DNA of 64,000 nucleotides from Nitrospirae bacterium GWF2_44_13 (GTDB lineage Bacteria; Nitrospirota; Thermodesulfovibrionia; Thermodesulfovibrionales; UBA1546), in NCBI GenBank assembly GCA_001805105.1, contig MHEE01000015.1, positions 294,024-358,023 of the forward strand. Reading direction: 5' to 3'. The notes below the pieces were generated by a model that saw only the letters and a program-made list of their open reading frames with translations, ran no database searches and was not told the origin of the DNA. Below, piece by piece: positions 29,470 through 39,726 of this stretch. Position numbers and translations under genes: made by a program. How positions within the stretch are numbered: the first letter of the stretch is position 1; each line of letters opens with the position of its first letter.

Positions 29470-30414
29470 TTATCCTGCCTTATTTATTAACCCGTCAAGA
29501 ATCTTCCATGCCCTTTTGAATATCTCATTGACATCCTGAATGCCTGTAGTATCTATCCAGTGTATATCCTCTTCTTTATTGAACCATGTATACTGCCTCT
29601 TGGCATAACGCTTTGTGCTCCTCTTAGTGAGCCTTATTGCCTCTTCAAGCGGTATCTCCCCATTAAGATACATTGCAATCTCTTTGTATCCTATTGCCTG
29701 CAGAGCGGTGAGGGGGTGAATCGGTGAAGAGGTGAATCGTTCTATCAGACTCTTTACTTCGTCTACAAATCCCGCCTCAATCATTTTATCAACCCGTTCT
29801 TCAATCATTTTATAAAGCTCTTTTCTGTCCCTTGTAAGCCCGATCTTTATGAACTCGTATGGAAGCGGTCTTGTCAATTTCTGCTGGAGTTCCGACATGC
29901 CCTGTTTTGTCTTCAGACAGACTTCAATCGCCCTTATAATGCGCCTTGTGTCAGCAGGCATTATTTTTGACGCCGCCTCAGGGTCAAGTTCCAACAGATA
30001 ACTATAAAGCGCGCCGTCCTGTCCTTCCTCAAGAGAAGCAAGTTCTTCCCTTAGCTTCCAGTCAGCGGAAGGCCCGCTGAATATCCCCCTTGTCATTGCC
30101 TTTATGTAAAGCCCTGTCCCTCCTGCAACGATAGGGATTTTACCTCTTCTGTGAAGCTCCTCTATTATTGGCGTCACATCTTCAATGTATCTGCCAACGC
30201 TGAATGGCTCTGCAGGACTTACACTATCTATCATGTAATGCTTATAGCTAATCCTCTGCGCTTCAGACAGCTTTGCAGTACCGATATCCATTCCTTTATA
30301 TATTTGCATTGAATCTGCGCTGATTATCTCTGTGCCCAAAGCCTTTGCAATAAGGATGGAGACCTCTGTCTTTCCAACGCCTGTCGGTCCTAATAAAATA
30401 ATTACTTTATTCAT
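29470..30414 (-). CDS. miaA: tRNA dimethylallyltransferase
   Basis: [29 protein letters not shown]. Confidence 0.97.
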   Translation of the reverse strand: MNKVIILLGPTGVGKTEVSILIAKALGTEIISADSMQIYKGMDIGTAKLSEAQRISYKHYMIDSVSPAEPFSVGRYIEDVTPIIEELHRRGKIPIVAGGTGLYIKAMTRGIFSGPSADWKLREELASLEEGQDGALYSYLLELDPEAASKIMPADTRRIIRAIEVCLKTKQGMSELQQKLTRPLPYEFIKIGLTRDRKELYKMIEERVDKMIEAGFVDEVKSLIERFTSSPIHPLTALQAIGYKEIAMYLNGEIPLEEAIRLTKRSTKRYAKRQYTWFNKEEDIHWIDTTGIQDVNEIFKRAWKILDGLINKAG

Positions 30415-30423
30415 AATTCAGAT

Positions 30424-31494
30424 TCATGCCTTGTATCCTGCCTTAAGCTGCCCGCATGCGGCAAGAATATCCTGCCCCTTGCTCTTCCTTATAAAGGTAT
30501 AAATTTTACCTCTTACAAGAATCTCCTGAAAAGCAAGAACCCTCTCATCAGATGGCCTTTTAAACGTGCTTCCTGCAAATGGGTTGAAAGGAATAAGATT
30601 CACCTTTGAAGGAATCCCTTTCAGAAGCGCGACAAGCCTCTTTGCGTCAGCCAAAGAATCATTCATGCTGTCTATCATCACATATTCAAATGTTATCCTG
30701 TCCCTCGAAGATAACAGTAGTTGGGCTTTCCTGCAGGCATCAAGCAAAACCCTGATGGGATATTTCCTGTTTACCGGCATTAGCCTGTTTCTGACATCAT
30801 CTGTTGTCGCGTTGAGCGAGATCGCAAGATTCACGTGAGGCGCCTTTCTGTAAAGTTCTGGAATCGCAGGAGCGATTCCGCAGGTAGAAAGCGTTATCCT
30901 CCTCTTTGAAAAGCCCATGAGTTCAGTTATCCTGTGAAGAGCCTCAACCACTTCATCAAGATTTAATAGGGGCTCACCCATCCCCATAAGAACTATATTT
31001 GTAACCCCCCTTTCGCCCCCCTTAGTTAAGGGGGGAATTGGGCGGTTAGTTTTTGAAATTAACCTGCTTACGGCAATTATCTGGTCAACAATCTCATGCG
31101 CCTTAAGATTTCTCTTAAACCCTATTCCCCCTGTAAGACAGAAACCACACGACATGGCACACCCTACCTGAGAGGAAATACAGAGCGTGTGACGGTCTTC
31201 ATCAGGGATAAGGACACTCTCTATCGATTCACCATCTTCTAAACCGAAGAGAAATTTCTCTGTTCCGTCTTTTGAGGCCTGCCTGCTCAGGAGTTGAAGA
31301 TTGCTGACATAGGCGGCATCCGAAAGTTTATCCCTTAATTCCCTGGATAGTTCAGTGATGTCTTTAATTGATTCAACTCTCTTTTCATATATCCAGTGAA
31401 GTATCTGCTTTGCCCTGTAAGCCGGAAGCCCCTGCTCTTTTACAAACTCCTCCATTGCAGCTTTGCTCAATGCCCTAAGATTGATTTTCGACAT
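30424..31494 (-). CDS. rlmN: Dual-specificity RNA methyltransferase RlmN
   Basis: CISSQVGC...C.FC, MGMGEP, AACGQL. Confidence 0.97.
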   Translation of the reverse strand: MSKINLRALSKAAMEEFVKEQGLPAYRAKQILHWIYEKRVESIKDITELSRELRDKLSDAAYVSNLQLLSRQASKDGTEKFLFGLEDGESIESVLIPDEDRHTLCISSQVGCAMSCGFCLTGGIGFKRNLKAHEIVDQIIAVSRLISKTNRPIPPLTKGGERGVTNIVLMGMGEPLLNLDEVVEALHRITELMGFSKRRITLSTCGIAPAIPELYRKAPHVNLAISLNATTDDVRNRLMPVNRKYPIRVLLDACRKAQLLLSSRDRITFEYVMIDSMNDSLADAKRLVALLKGIPSKVNLIPFNPFAGSTFKRPSDERVLAFQEILVRGKIYTFIRKSKGQDILAACGQLKAGYKA

Positions 31495-31515
31495 TGTTAA
31501 TTATAACTTGTGTAC

Positions 31516-31700
31516 AACAGAAGATATACCCTTGAACGATATCATGAAAATTCTGGGGCACCAATCTTAGCGAAGAGAGCGTGTCAGTATGACCGAATTT
31601 GCACTGTTTGAGGCTGAAGGCCGAGTTTGCAAATTCGAGCGAACAAGCTTTAGATGGGTCAGAATTTTCATGCAGGTAGTGAGAAGGCATATCTTCTGTT
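31516..31700. other. 185-bp rod-like nested inverted-repeat element (ncRNA or MITE candidate)
   Basis: Three nested perfect stems of 12, 13 and 10 bp. Confidence 0.65.
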
Positions 31701-31801
31701 AATATCATCCAAAGGTTGCTTTTTGAGTCTTTTTTGCTTTATTCTTAAAGAAACGGTTCTTCAGAAAGAATTCCAAGAGAACCTGACTAAGGAGGTTTAT
31801 T

Positions 31802-32122
31802 GTGATAACAATAACAGACACTGCTGCAGAAAAAGCAAAACAGATACTCACAGCAGAAGGAAAAGCCGGCTGGGGGCTTCGTGTATATACTGCCGGAGGA
31901 GGATGTTGCGGCCCCTCTTACGGAATGGATATAGATGAAAAGCCTGGAGATAACGACAATGTCGTGGAGAAAAACGGCCTTAAGGTCTTCGTTGACAAAG
32001 ACACGGCAAAACAGATTGAAGGCATGAATATTGACTTCATAGATGAGGGTGAAAAACAGGGCTTCGTCATTACAGGCGGAAACGCTCCGACATGCAGCTC
32101 GGGCTGTACAAGCTGCGAATAA
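31802..32122 (+). CDS. HesB/IscA-family Fe-S cluster assembly protein
   Basis: ITITD.AA, LRV...GGCCG, C-terminal CxxxC; GTG start after AAGGAGG. Confidence 0.88.
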   Translation: MITITDTAAEKAKQILTAEGKAGWGLRVYTAGGGCCGPSYGMDIDEKPGDNDNVVEKNGLKVFVDKDTAKQIEGMNIDFIDEGEKQGFVITGGNAPTCSSGCTSCE

Positions 32123-32126
32123 ACTT

Positions 32127-33098
32127 ATGTTCCCTTTGCACAGGCCGCGAAGGATAAGGAAAAACGAAATCATCAGGAGAATGGTGAGAGAAACCTCACT
32201 TTCTCCCGATGATTTTATATATCCGCTTTTTGTTACTTACGGCAAAAACATCCGCAGAGAGATAAAATCAATGCCAGGATGTTTTCAGGAATCAGTTGAC
32301 AAGATTGTAAAACACGCAAAAGAGGTTTACTCCCTCGGCATACCTGCGGTGATACTTTTCGGGATTCCTGAGCGCAAAGACGAAATTGGTTCAAGCGCGT
32401 ATGATCCTCATGGAGTCGTGCAAAAGGCTATCAAAGCAATCAAAGATAAAGTCCCCGGACTTTATGTCATAACAGATGTCTGCATGTGTGAATACACAAC
32501 TCATGGCCACTGCGGAATAATCGGGAAAGGCGATGTAAAGAATGACCCTACATTGGAACTCCTCGCCAAAGAAGCGGTTTCGCATGCAAAGGCAGGAGCT
32601 GACATGGTAGCGCCGTCTGACATGATGGACGGAAGGGTAAAGACAATAAGAATTGCGCTGGATTCAGAGGGGTTCTCAGAAATGCCAATTATGAGTTATG
32701 CGGCAAAATACGCCTCCGCATTTTACGGGCCGTTCAGGGAAGCTGCCGAGTCCACCCCTAAATTCGGCGACAGGCGCTCGTATCAGATGGATCCGGCAAA
32801 CAGAAGAGAGGCTTTAAAAGAGGTTCGCCTTGATATTGAAGAAGGCGCTGATATTGTGATGGTAAAGCCTGCGATGACATATCTTGATATTATTTCTGAC
32901 GTGAGAAATTCGGTCAATGTGCCTGTCGCAGCATACAATGTAAGCGGCGAATATTCTATGGTAAAGGCAGCAGCAAAGCTCGGATGGATTGATGAAAAAC
33001 GGGTGATGATGGAAGTGCTTACCTCAATAAAACGGGCCGGCGCTGACCTTATCCTCACCTACTTTGCCAAAGAAGCGGCAAAGCTACTGAACAAGTAG
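32127..33098 (+). CDS. hemB: Porphobilinogen synthase
   Basis: [25 protein letters not shown]; start moved to ATG 32127. Confidence 0.97.
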   Translation: MFPLHRPRRIRKNEIIRRMVRETSLSPDDFIYPLFVTYGKNIRREIKSMPGCFQESVDKIVKHAKEVYSLGIPAVILFGIPERKDEIGSSAYDPHGVVQKAIKAIKDKVPGLYVITDVCMCEYTTHGHCGIIGKGDVKNDPTLELLAKEAVSHAKAGADMVAPSDMMDGRVKTIRIALDSEGFSEMPIMSYAAKYASAFYGPFREAAESTPKFGDRRSYQMDPANRREALKEVRLDIEEGADIVMVKPAMTYLDIISDVRNSVNVPVAAYNVSGEYSMVKAAAKLGWIDEKRVMMEVLTSIKRAGADLILTYFAKEAAKLLNK

Positions 33099-33105
33099 CT
33101 GATAG

Positions 33106-33843
33106 CTATTGGCTCTTCTTAATCCCTGTTTTCAGCGTTCTTATTCTTGCAATCTCTTCCTGATACCCATAGATATGCGCTCCCGCGCTGTAGGCATACA
33201 TGGGGCCGTTCTTTAGATTTGTTTCTCCCGCAATATAGTTTTTTAAAAGCTCTATGCCGCCGAGATTCGTAGGAAAACCTGCCCACAAATCCCATGAACG
33301 GAAGTAGCAGCTTACGGTAAGAACGAGTTCATCATTAATCGGCACTGCCTTAAAATCCAGAAGCCTCAGGCACGGCGGGTCAAGTTTTCCGTCATTGCCG
33401 TAGCAGACGTCATGATCATCCGGAGAACCTATCTCAATAACAGCCTGATTTGTTAGGGGTGTCGTCTTAAGTATTTCAATTACCCTTTCAAACTGCGTTC
33501 CTCCCTTGGGCATCGGGTGATGAATCCTGCTTGAATACTTATAGGTCTCATTTTCTGAAAGTTCAGGATCCATAAGATAATTTGCGAAATAATCTTCTAT
33601 ATAGTCCATTGTCGTAGGCGATGGGATATTCAGCGCCGGCGGTATTATGGGAATCATATCCTCGCCGGGGTGCTCAATAAACACTGCCATGCCATGATAC
33701 TGAAGCCGGTACTGCTCGTTTTCAAATGAGCCTTTCTGGATTTTCTGAGTGTAGGAATAATCAAAAATATTATATATCAGCTGAAACCACGCATCTGATA
33801 TTGTCTTGGCATGCAAACAAAAAGGAAGCATAATATCCTTCAC
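33106..33843 (-). CDS. Thymidylate synthase, short archaeal-like type
   Basis: PPC catalytic motif, FRSWD...GFPTN, AHIY. Confidence 0.8.
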   Translation of the reverse strand: MKDIMLPFCLHAKTISDAWFQLIYNIFDYSYTQKIQKGSFENEQYRLQYHGMAVFIEHPGEDMIPIIPPALNIPSPTTMDYIEDYFANYLMDPELSENETYKYSSRIHHPMPKGGTQFERVIEILKTTPLTNQAVIEIGSPDDHDVCYGNDGKLDPPCLRLLDFKAVPINDELVLTVSCYFRSWDLWAGFPTNLGGIELLKNYIAGETNLKNGPMYAYSAGAHIYGYQEEIARIRTLKTGIKKSQ

Positions 33844-33936
33844 CTCGTATGAAAATATCTGGGGGTTATTATACCAGTGTCAAATGATATTTTAAAAACA
33901 AAAAGCGCTGCATAAAAACAGCACTTTGATTTTCAA

Positions 33937-34014
33937 TGGCGTCCCCAACGGGATTCGAACCCGTGTTACCGCCTTGAAAGGGCGATGTCCTAGGCCGGGC
34001 TAGACGATGGGGAC
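33937..34014 (-). tRNA. tRNA-Glu(TTC)
   Basis: GTCCCCA...TGGGGAC-GCCA, anticodon CT-TTC-AA, TTCGAA T-loop. Confidence 0.96.
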
Positions 34015-34017
34015 ACA

Positions 34018-34093
34018 TGGTGAGCCGCGAAGGATTCGAACCTTCGACCCACGCCTTAAAAGGGCGATGCTCTACCAACTGAGCTAGCGGCCC
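34018..34093 (-). tRNA. tRNA-Lys(TTT)
   Basis: GGGCCGC...GCGGCTC-ACCA, anticodon CT-TTT-AA. Confidence 0.96.
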
Positions 34094-34313
34094 GCCAAAA
34101 AATAGATTTGTAGAATACAATTATTTTGATTTCATTGTCAACTTCAGGCTTGCTGAACTCATGCCGAATCTCACCTGAAAAACCTAAGGTATTTTTGCAC
34201 AGAGAACACAGCATTCCCATAACCAAGACTTATTGATTCATTTCTATTTCTGCATTGACAGCCTTTCCTTTGCTGTGCTAATTTTAAAGTCCACATCTGA
34301 AAGGAATTTTTGC

Positions 34314-34787
34314 ATGGAAAAAACTCTTGAAAAGATTCTGAAGGATACCAGAGAAAATGAGGGCAATCTCATATCTATCCTTCAGGATATTGAGAATGCC
34401 TTCGGATATATTCCTGAGAATGCCGTCAACTGGCTTGCATCAAAGCTGGATATCAATCCCAGCATATTCTACGGAATAGCCACATTCTATGCGCAGTTTC
34501 ACCTGAAACCGCGGGGAAAAAACATAATCACTGCCTGCTGCGGCACGGCCTGTCACGTCAAAGGTTCGGATAGGTTGATAAACGGATTAAAACAGGAGCT
34601 TGCTCTGCCTGAGGGTGAGGAAACAACAAAAAATATGGAATTTACACTTGAGAAGGTAAACTGTATAGGCGCATGCAGTATTGCCCCTGTATTCATAATA
34701 AATAAAAAAGTCCATGGGAAAGCATCGGCAGATAAACTCATCAAAGAAATACGTTCTATAAAGGGTTCAAAAAATGAAGGCAAATAA
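34314..34787 (+). CDS. NuoE/HydC-like [2Fe-2S] subunit of NAD-linked formate dehydrogenase
   Basis: ATFY.QF, C.GTACHV.G, CIGAC..AP; start moved to ATG 34314. Confidence 0.9.
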   Translation: MEKTLEKILKDTRENEGNLISILQDIENAFGYIPENAVNWLASKLDINPSIFYGIATFYAQFHLKPRGKNIITACCGTACHVKGSDRLINGLKQELALPEGEETTKNMEFTLEKVNCIGACSIAPVFIINKKVHGKASADKLIKEIRSIKGSKNEGK

Positions 34788-36552
34788 CACTGTTATAAAA
34801 GTATGCATGGGCACAGGCGGAATCGCAGCGGGCGGCTCTGAGGTTATAGATGCCTTCAGGACAGAACTCAACACAGCAGGCATTGCGGCAACAGTGGAGA
34901 AAAACTGCTTGATGCATAAGGTGGGATGCCGCGGACTGTGCGCCAAAGACGTGCTTGTTGATGTGATAATAAACAAAGAAAAGACCACATACCAGTATAT
35001 AAAACCGGAAATGGTTTCAAGAATCGTCAAGGAGCACATCATAGAAAACAATCCGGTAATTGACTGGGCTGTAGGCGATGACTATCATAATTTTCACAAA
35101 AAACAGCTAAAGGTTGTTCTTTCTGACTGCGGCTCAATAGACCCTGAAGACATTGATGCTTATATAAACGGCAAGGGCTATGAGGCGGCAAGAAAAGTGC
35201 TTACAACATTAAAGCCGGAAGAGGCAATTGAAGAAATCAAGGCATCCGGCCTCAGGGGAAGAGGCGGAGCAGGTTTTCCGACCGGTGTTAAATGGGAGGT
35301 TGCAAGAAAACAAAACTCAAAACAGAAATACATCATATGCAATGCGGATGAGGGCGATCCGGGGGCATTCATGGACAGGTCTGTTATTGAGGGCAATCCC
35401 CATGCCGTAATTGAGGGGATGATAATAGGCGCTTATGCGATAGGCTCTGACAAGGGCTATGTTTATATAAGAGCTGAATATCCGCTTGCCGTTGAAAGGC
35501 TGAGAAAAGCCCTCTCTGACGCAAAGACGAAAGGGTTTCTCGGAAAAGATATCCTCGGCACGAAATTCAGCTTTGATATAAAGGTAAAACTCGGAGCAGG
35601 CGCTTTTGTATGCGGCGAAGAGACGGCATTGATAGCATCTATCGAAGGACAGCGCGGAATGCCGAGGGCAAAACCGCCCTTCCCTGTCTATAGCGGACTA
35701 TGGGGACAACCGACAGTGATAAACAATGTGGAGACGTTTGCCAATGTCCCTTACATCATAAGAAACGGCGCGAAGTGGTTTTCTTCTTTCGGCACAGAGA
35801 AATCAAAGGGAACAAAGGTATTCGCGCTTACAGGAAAGATCAAGAACTCAGGACTCATAGAAGTGCCAATGGGAATTCCGCTTCGGGAAATAATCTACGA
35901 TATAGGCGGAGGTATTGAAGGCGGAAAATTATTAAAGGCAGTCCAGACAGGAGGGCCTTCAGGCGGGTGTATTCCTGCGGATATGCTTGATACCCCTGTT
36001 GATTTCGAGTCCCTTGCAAAAGCAGGTTCTATAGTAGGTTCAGGCGGAATGGTTGTGCTCGATGAAGATAACTGTATGGTTAACATGGCGCAGTACTTTC
36101 TCCAGTTTACGCAGATGGAGTCGTGCGGGAAATGCGTGCCGTGCAGGATAGGGACTAAAAGACTTCTTGAAATTCTCGACAGAATAACAAAAGGCAAAGG
36201 GAAAGAGGGAGACATAGAACTCCTCGAGAAACTAAGCGCTGATATTAAGGCCGCATCACTCTGCGGCCTCGGTCAGACAGCGCCAAACCCGATATTAAGC
36301 ACTATAAAATATTTCAGAAATGAATACGAGGCACATTTAAAGGGAAAGTGTCCCGCGGCAGTCTGCAAAGAACTGCTGACTTATTACATTCTTGAGGAAT
36401 TCTGTAAAGGGTGCGGAGCATGCTTGAGGGCATGTCCCTCAAAAGCAATAACAGGGGAGAAAAAGAAACTGCACAAGATAGACCCCGCGGTATGCATTAA
36501 ATGCGGGGCCTGCTTTGATGTATGCAAGTTTAAGGCAGTGAAAAAGGAGTAG
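34774..36552 (+). CDS. NuoF/HydB-like FMN/NADH-binding subunit with C-terminal 2x[4Fe-4S]
   Basis: GRGGAGF, NADEGDPGAFMDR, GEETAL, ESCGKC.PCR, two CxxCxxC ferredoxin motifs. Confidence 0.93.
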   Translation: MKANNTVIKVCMGTGGIAAGGSEVIDAFRTELNTAGIAATVEKNCLMHKVGCRGLCAKDVLVDVIINKEKTTYQYIKPEMVSRIVKEHIIENNPVIDWAVGDDYHNFHKKQLKVVLSDCGSIDPEDIDAYINGKGYEAARKVLTTLKPEEAIEEIKASGLRGRGGAGFPTGVKWEVARKQNSKQKYIICNADEGDPGAFMDRSVIEGNPHAVIEGMIIGAYAIGSDKGYVYIRAEYPLAVERLRKALSDAKTKGFLGKDILGTKFSFDIKVKLGAGAFVCGEETALIASIEGQRGMPRAKPPFPVYSGLWGQPTVINNVETFANVPYIIRNGAKWFSSFGTEKSKGTKVFALTGKIKNSGLIEVPMGIPLREIIYDIGGGIEGGKLLKAVQTGGPSGGCIPADMLDTPVDFESLAKAGSIVGSGGMVVLDEDNCMVNMAQYFLQFTQMESCGKCVPCRIGTKRLLEILDRITKGKGKEGDIELLEKLSADIKAASLCGLGQTAPNPILSTIKYFRNEYEAHLKGKCPAAVCKELLTYYILEEFCKGCGACLRACPSKAITGEKKKLHKIDPAVCIKCGACFDVCKFKAVKKE

Positions 36553-36560
36553 GAACCGGA

Positions 36561-39224
36561 ATGATTAAATTAACCATTAACGGCAAAACAATAGAGGTTG
36601 CGGAAGGCACAACTGTGCTGGATGCGGCAAAGATGCTGAATATAGAGATACCGACACTCTGTCATCATCCGAAACTTACACCGTTTGGAGGCTGCAGGCT
36701 CTGTATTGTTGAAGTAAAGGGTGTTCCGAGGCCGCTCACATCATGCACAACTCCTGTCTCAGAGGGAATGGAAGTGACAACTTCAACCCCTGCTCTTGAG
36801 GGCTTAAGAAAAACAGTGCTTGAACTTATTCTCTCAGACCATCCGAATGACTGCATGGTATGCGAAAAGGCCGGAGACTGCACGCTTCAGGAACTCGCAT
36901 ATTTCTATGGCATAAGAGAAAACAGGTTCGGAGGAGAAAGAAGGATATACGGAAAAAAAGACGGCAATCCCTTTATTGAAAGGGATATGGAAAAATGCAT
37001 ACTCTGCGGAAGATGCGTGAAGGTCTGTGACGAAGTGCAGGGAGTGGGCGCAATAGATTTTGCATACCGCGGGTTTAAATCCAAGATATGCCCGACATTT
37101 GAAAAAGACCTTGACTGTGAATTCTGCGGGCAGTGTGTGGCTGTGTGCCCGACAGGCGCTTTGACAGGCAAGATGTGGCAGCTCCGCGGCAGGCAGAAAG
37201 ACATAAAGGAAATTGACACTACCTGCTCATACTGCGGGACAGGATGCAATCTCACCCTTCACGTAAGGCAGAATGAAGTTGTAAGAGTGACTTCAAAGGA
37301 AGACACGTGGAATGAAGGATGGCTCTGCGTTAAAGGCAGATTCGGCTATTCGTTTATCAACAGCCCTGACAGGCTGAAAAAACCTCTCATAAAAAGAAAT
37401 GGTAAATTCGAAGAAGCATCATGGAATGAGGCGCTTGATTATATCTCTGCGAAGCTGAGAGAGATAAAGGAGAAACACGGGCCTGATTCGATAGCAGGCC
37501 TTTCCTCCGCGAGATGCACCAATGAGGAAAACTATCTCTTCCAGAAATTCATGAGGACCGGCATAGGCACAAACAATGTTGATCATTGTGCCCGCCTCTG
37601 ACACGCCGCAACTGTAGCCAGTCTGGCTACAATATTCGGGTCAGGGGCTATGACCAATTCCATTATAGAGATTGAGGGACTGGAGGTCATATTCATAATA
37701 GGCTCCAACACAAAAGAAACGCATCCTGTTATCGCAAACAGGATGATAAAGGCATTCAGAAAGGGCGCAAAGATAATCGTAGCCGACCCGCGAAAAGTGC
37801 CTATGGTGAGATTCTCGGAAGTCTTCATGAACCTGAGACCGGGCACGGATGTCGCCCTGATTAACGGCATCGCCCATGTGATATTAAAAGAAGGGCTTCA
37901 CGACAAAAAATTCATAGAGGAAAGAACCGAGTTTTTTGATGAATGGACAAAATCACTGGAGAAGTTCACGCCTGATGCAGTCTCACAGATAACAGGCGTG
38001 CCTGCGGAAAATATAATTAAGGCTGCGAAGCTTTACGGAGGCTCCAGAAAAGCAGGCATATTCTATACGATGGGAATAACCCAGCATACTCACGGCACGG
38101 ACAACGTGAATACAATAGCAAACCTTGCGCTTCTTACGGGAAACATAGGAAGAAAACACACCGGAATAAATCCCCTGAGAGGCCAGAACAATGTGCAGGG
38201 CGCATGCGATGCAGGATGCCTTCCTAATGTATATCCGGGCTATCAGAGGGTTGATATGCCTACAGTAAAGGAGAAATTTGAGAAAGCGTGGGGAGTTCCT
38301 CTCTCAGCCAAAGAAGGACTAAAGGCAACAGAGATGATAGGGGAAGCGCATAAAGGGAAGATAAAGGCGCTTTATATCATGGGAGAAAACCCGATACTTA
38401 CAGACGCAAATGCAAATCATACAAAAGAAGCGCTGGGAAAACTTGACTTCCTTGTGGTTCAGGACATATTCCTTACGGAGACTGCTGCCCTTGCTGATGT
38501 GGTGCTCCCCGCAACGTGTTTTGCCGAGAAGGACGGCACTTTCATAAATACAGAGAGAAAAGTACAGCTTGTGAGAAAGGCAGTTGAGCCGCCCGGAGAG
38601 GCAAAGAATGACATGTGGATAATAGCTGAAATCTCCGGCAGGATTGGGTATCCCATGAATTATTCTTCTCCTGAAGAAGTATTTGACGAACTCGGCAGTT
38701 TATGGTCGGCGCTGTCCGGAATATCCTATGGCAGAATACGCGCTAACGGTCTCCACTGGCCGTGCCCTACAAAAGACCACCCCGGAACAGAATTCCTTTA
38801 CAAGGCAGGGTTCCCAAGAGGAAAGGTGTCGTTTACATGCGTGGATTATCTGCCGCCGGCAGAAGTGACTGATAAAGATTATCCGTTTATCCTTACAACA
38901 GGAAGAAACCTGTTTCAGTATCACAGCGGTTCTATGACGCGGAGAGTCGCACCCATAGAAGCGCATGCAGGCAAAGCGTATATGGAGATAAGCGCGGAAG
39001 ATACTAATATGCTTGGTATAAAAGACGGTGAGGCAATAACGGTTAAGTCAAGAAGAGGGGAAATAAGAATAAACGCAAGGATAAGCAGCAGGGTCTCAAA
39101 AGGCGTTCTCTTCATTCCAATGCATTACGGAGAGGCGGCGGCCAACATGCTCACATCGGATGCGCTCGACCCTTATGCCAAGACGCCTGAATTTAAGGTA
39201 TGCGCCGTGAAAATAGAAAAATGA
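36561..39224 (+). CDS. fdhA: Selenocysteine-containing formate dehydrogenase alpha subunit (887 aa, in-frame UGA at 37599-37601)
   Basis: ORFs 36561-37601 and 37650-39224 are in one frame, joined by DHCARL-U-HAATVASL..FGSGAM; N-terminal NuoG-like Fe-S domains; LRGQNNVQG; TPEFK. Confidence 0.93.
37613..37631 (+). promoter_or_regulatory. Bacterial SECIS hairpin
   Basis: TGTAGCCA-GTC-TGGCTACA perfect stem starting 11 nt after the UGA. Confidence 0.8.
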
Positions 39225-39252
39225 CACAAAAATGTTGAATGAAGGAGGGGAT

Positions 39253-39708
39253 ATGGCTGACATTAAGGAACTGAAGAAACAGGTTATCTTTGAAGATATC
39301 AGCGATGCCGAACTTGAAAAATTGGCAAAAGTCATGAAAGAAGTTTCATTGAAAAAGGGCGAGTTCCTTTTCAAGGAAAACGAAGATACAAAAGGCATTT
39401 ATATGATTCGTTCCGGCAAAATCGAAATCAACAAGGTGACGCCGGACGGCTGGAAACAAACCCTTGCGGTCCTGACTCCGGGACATTTTTTTGGAGAGCT
39501 TTCGATTATTGAGCATCGAAGGCATGAGGCTAATGCAATTGCGATTGAAAGCGCAGAGCTGTTAAAACTTCCCAAAGAGGAATTCGAGAAACTGGAAAAA
39601 GAAGATGTTGTTCTGGCTTCACAGATACTTAAGAAGCTCGTACTTGTTATGAGCAAGAACCTCAGGCGCATGAACGAGAAATTCTTAAATGCACTGATAA
39701 ATTACTAA
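39253..39708 (+). CDS. Cyclic-nucleotide-binding domain protein (no HTH)
   Basis: LF.E....GIY.I.SG.I, GHFFGELS...RR.A; GGAGGGG RBS before ATG 39253. Confidence 0.85.
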   Translation: MADIKELKKQVIFEDISDAELEKLAKVMKEVSLKKGEFLFKENEDTKGIYMIRSGKIEINKVTPDGWKQTLAVLTPGHFFGELSIIEHRRHEANAIAIESAELLKLPKEEFEKLEKEDVVLASQILKKLVLVMSKNLRRMNEKFLNALINY

Positions 39709-39726
39709 ATAAGGAGGATTTTAAAA

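Noticed and set aside
31802-32122. HesB-like protein as a second selenoprotein
   Set aside because: The GGCCG motif uses Cys codons (TGT TGC); no in-frame TGA.
33869-34120. ORFs overlapping tRNA genes (also 24397-24678, 58255-58590)
   Set aside because: Spurious translations of tRNA sequence.
36561-37601. fdhA as a split gene or pseudogene
   Set aside because: The stop is TGA at the Sec ligand position, in frame with the downstream ORF and followed by a SECIS-like hairpin.
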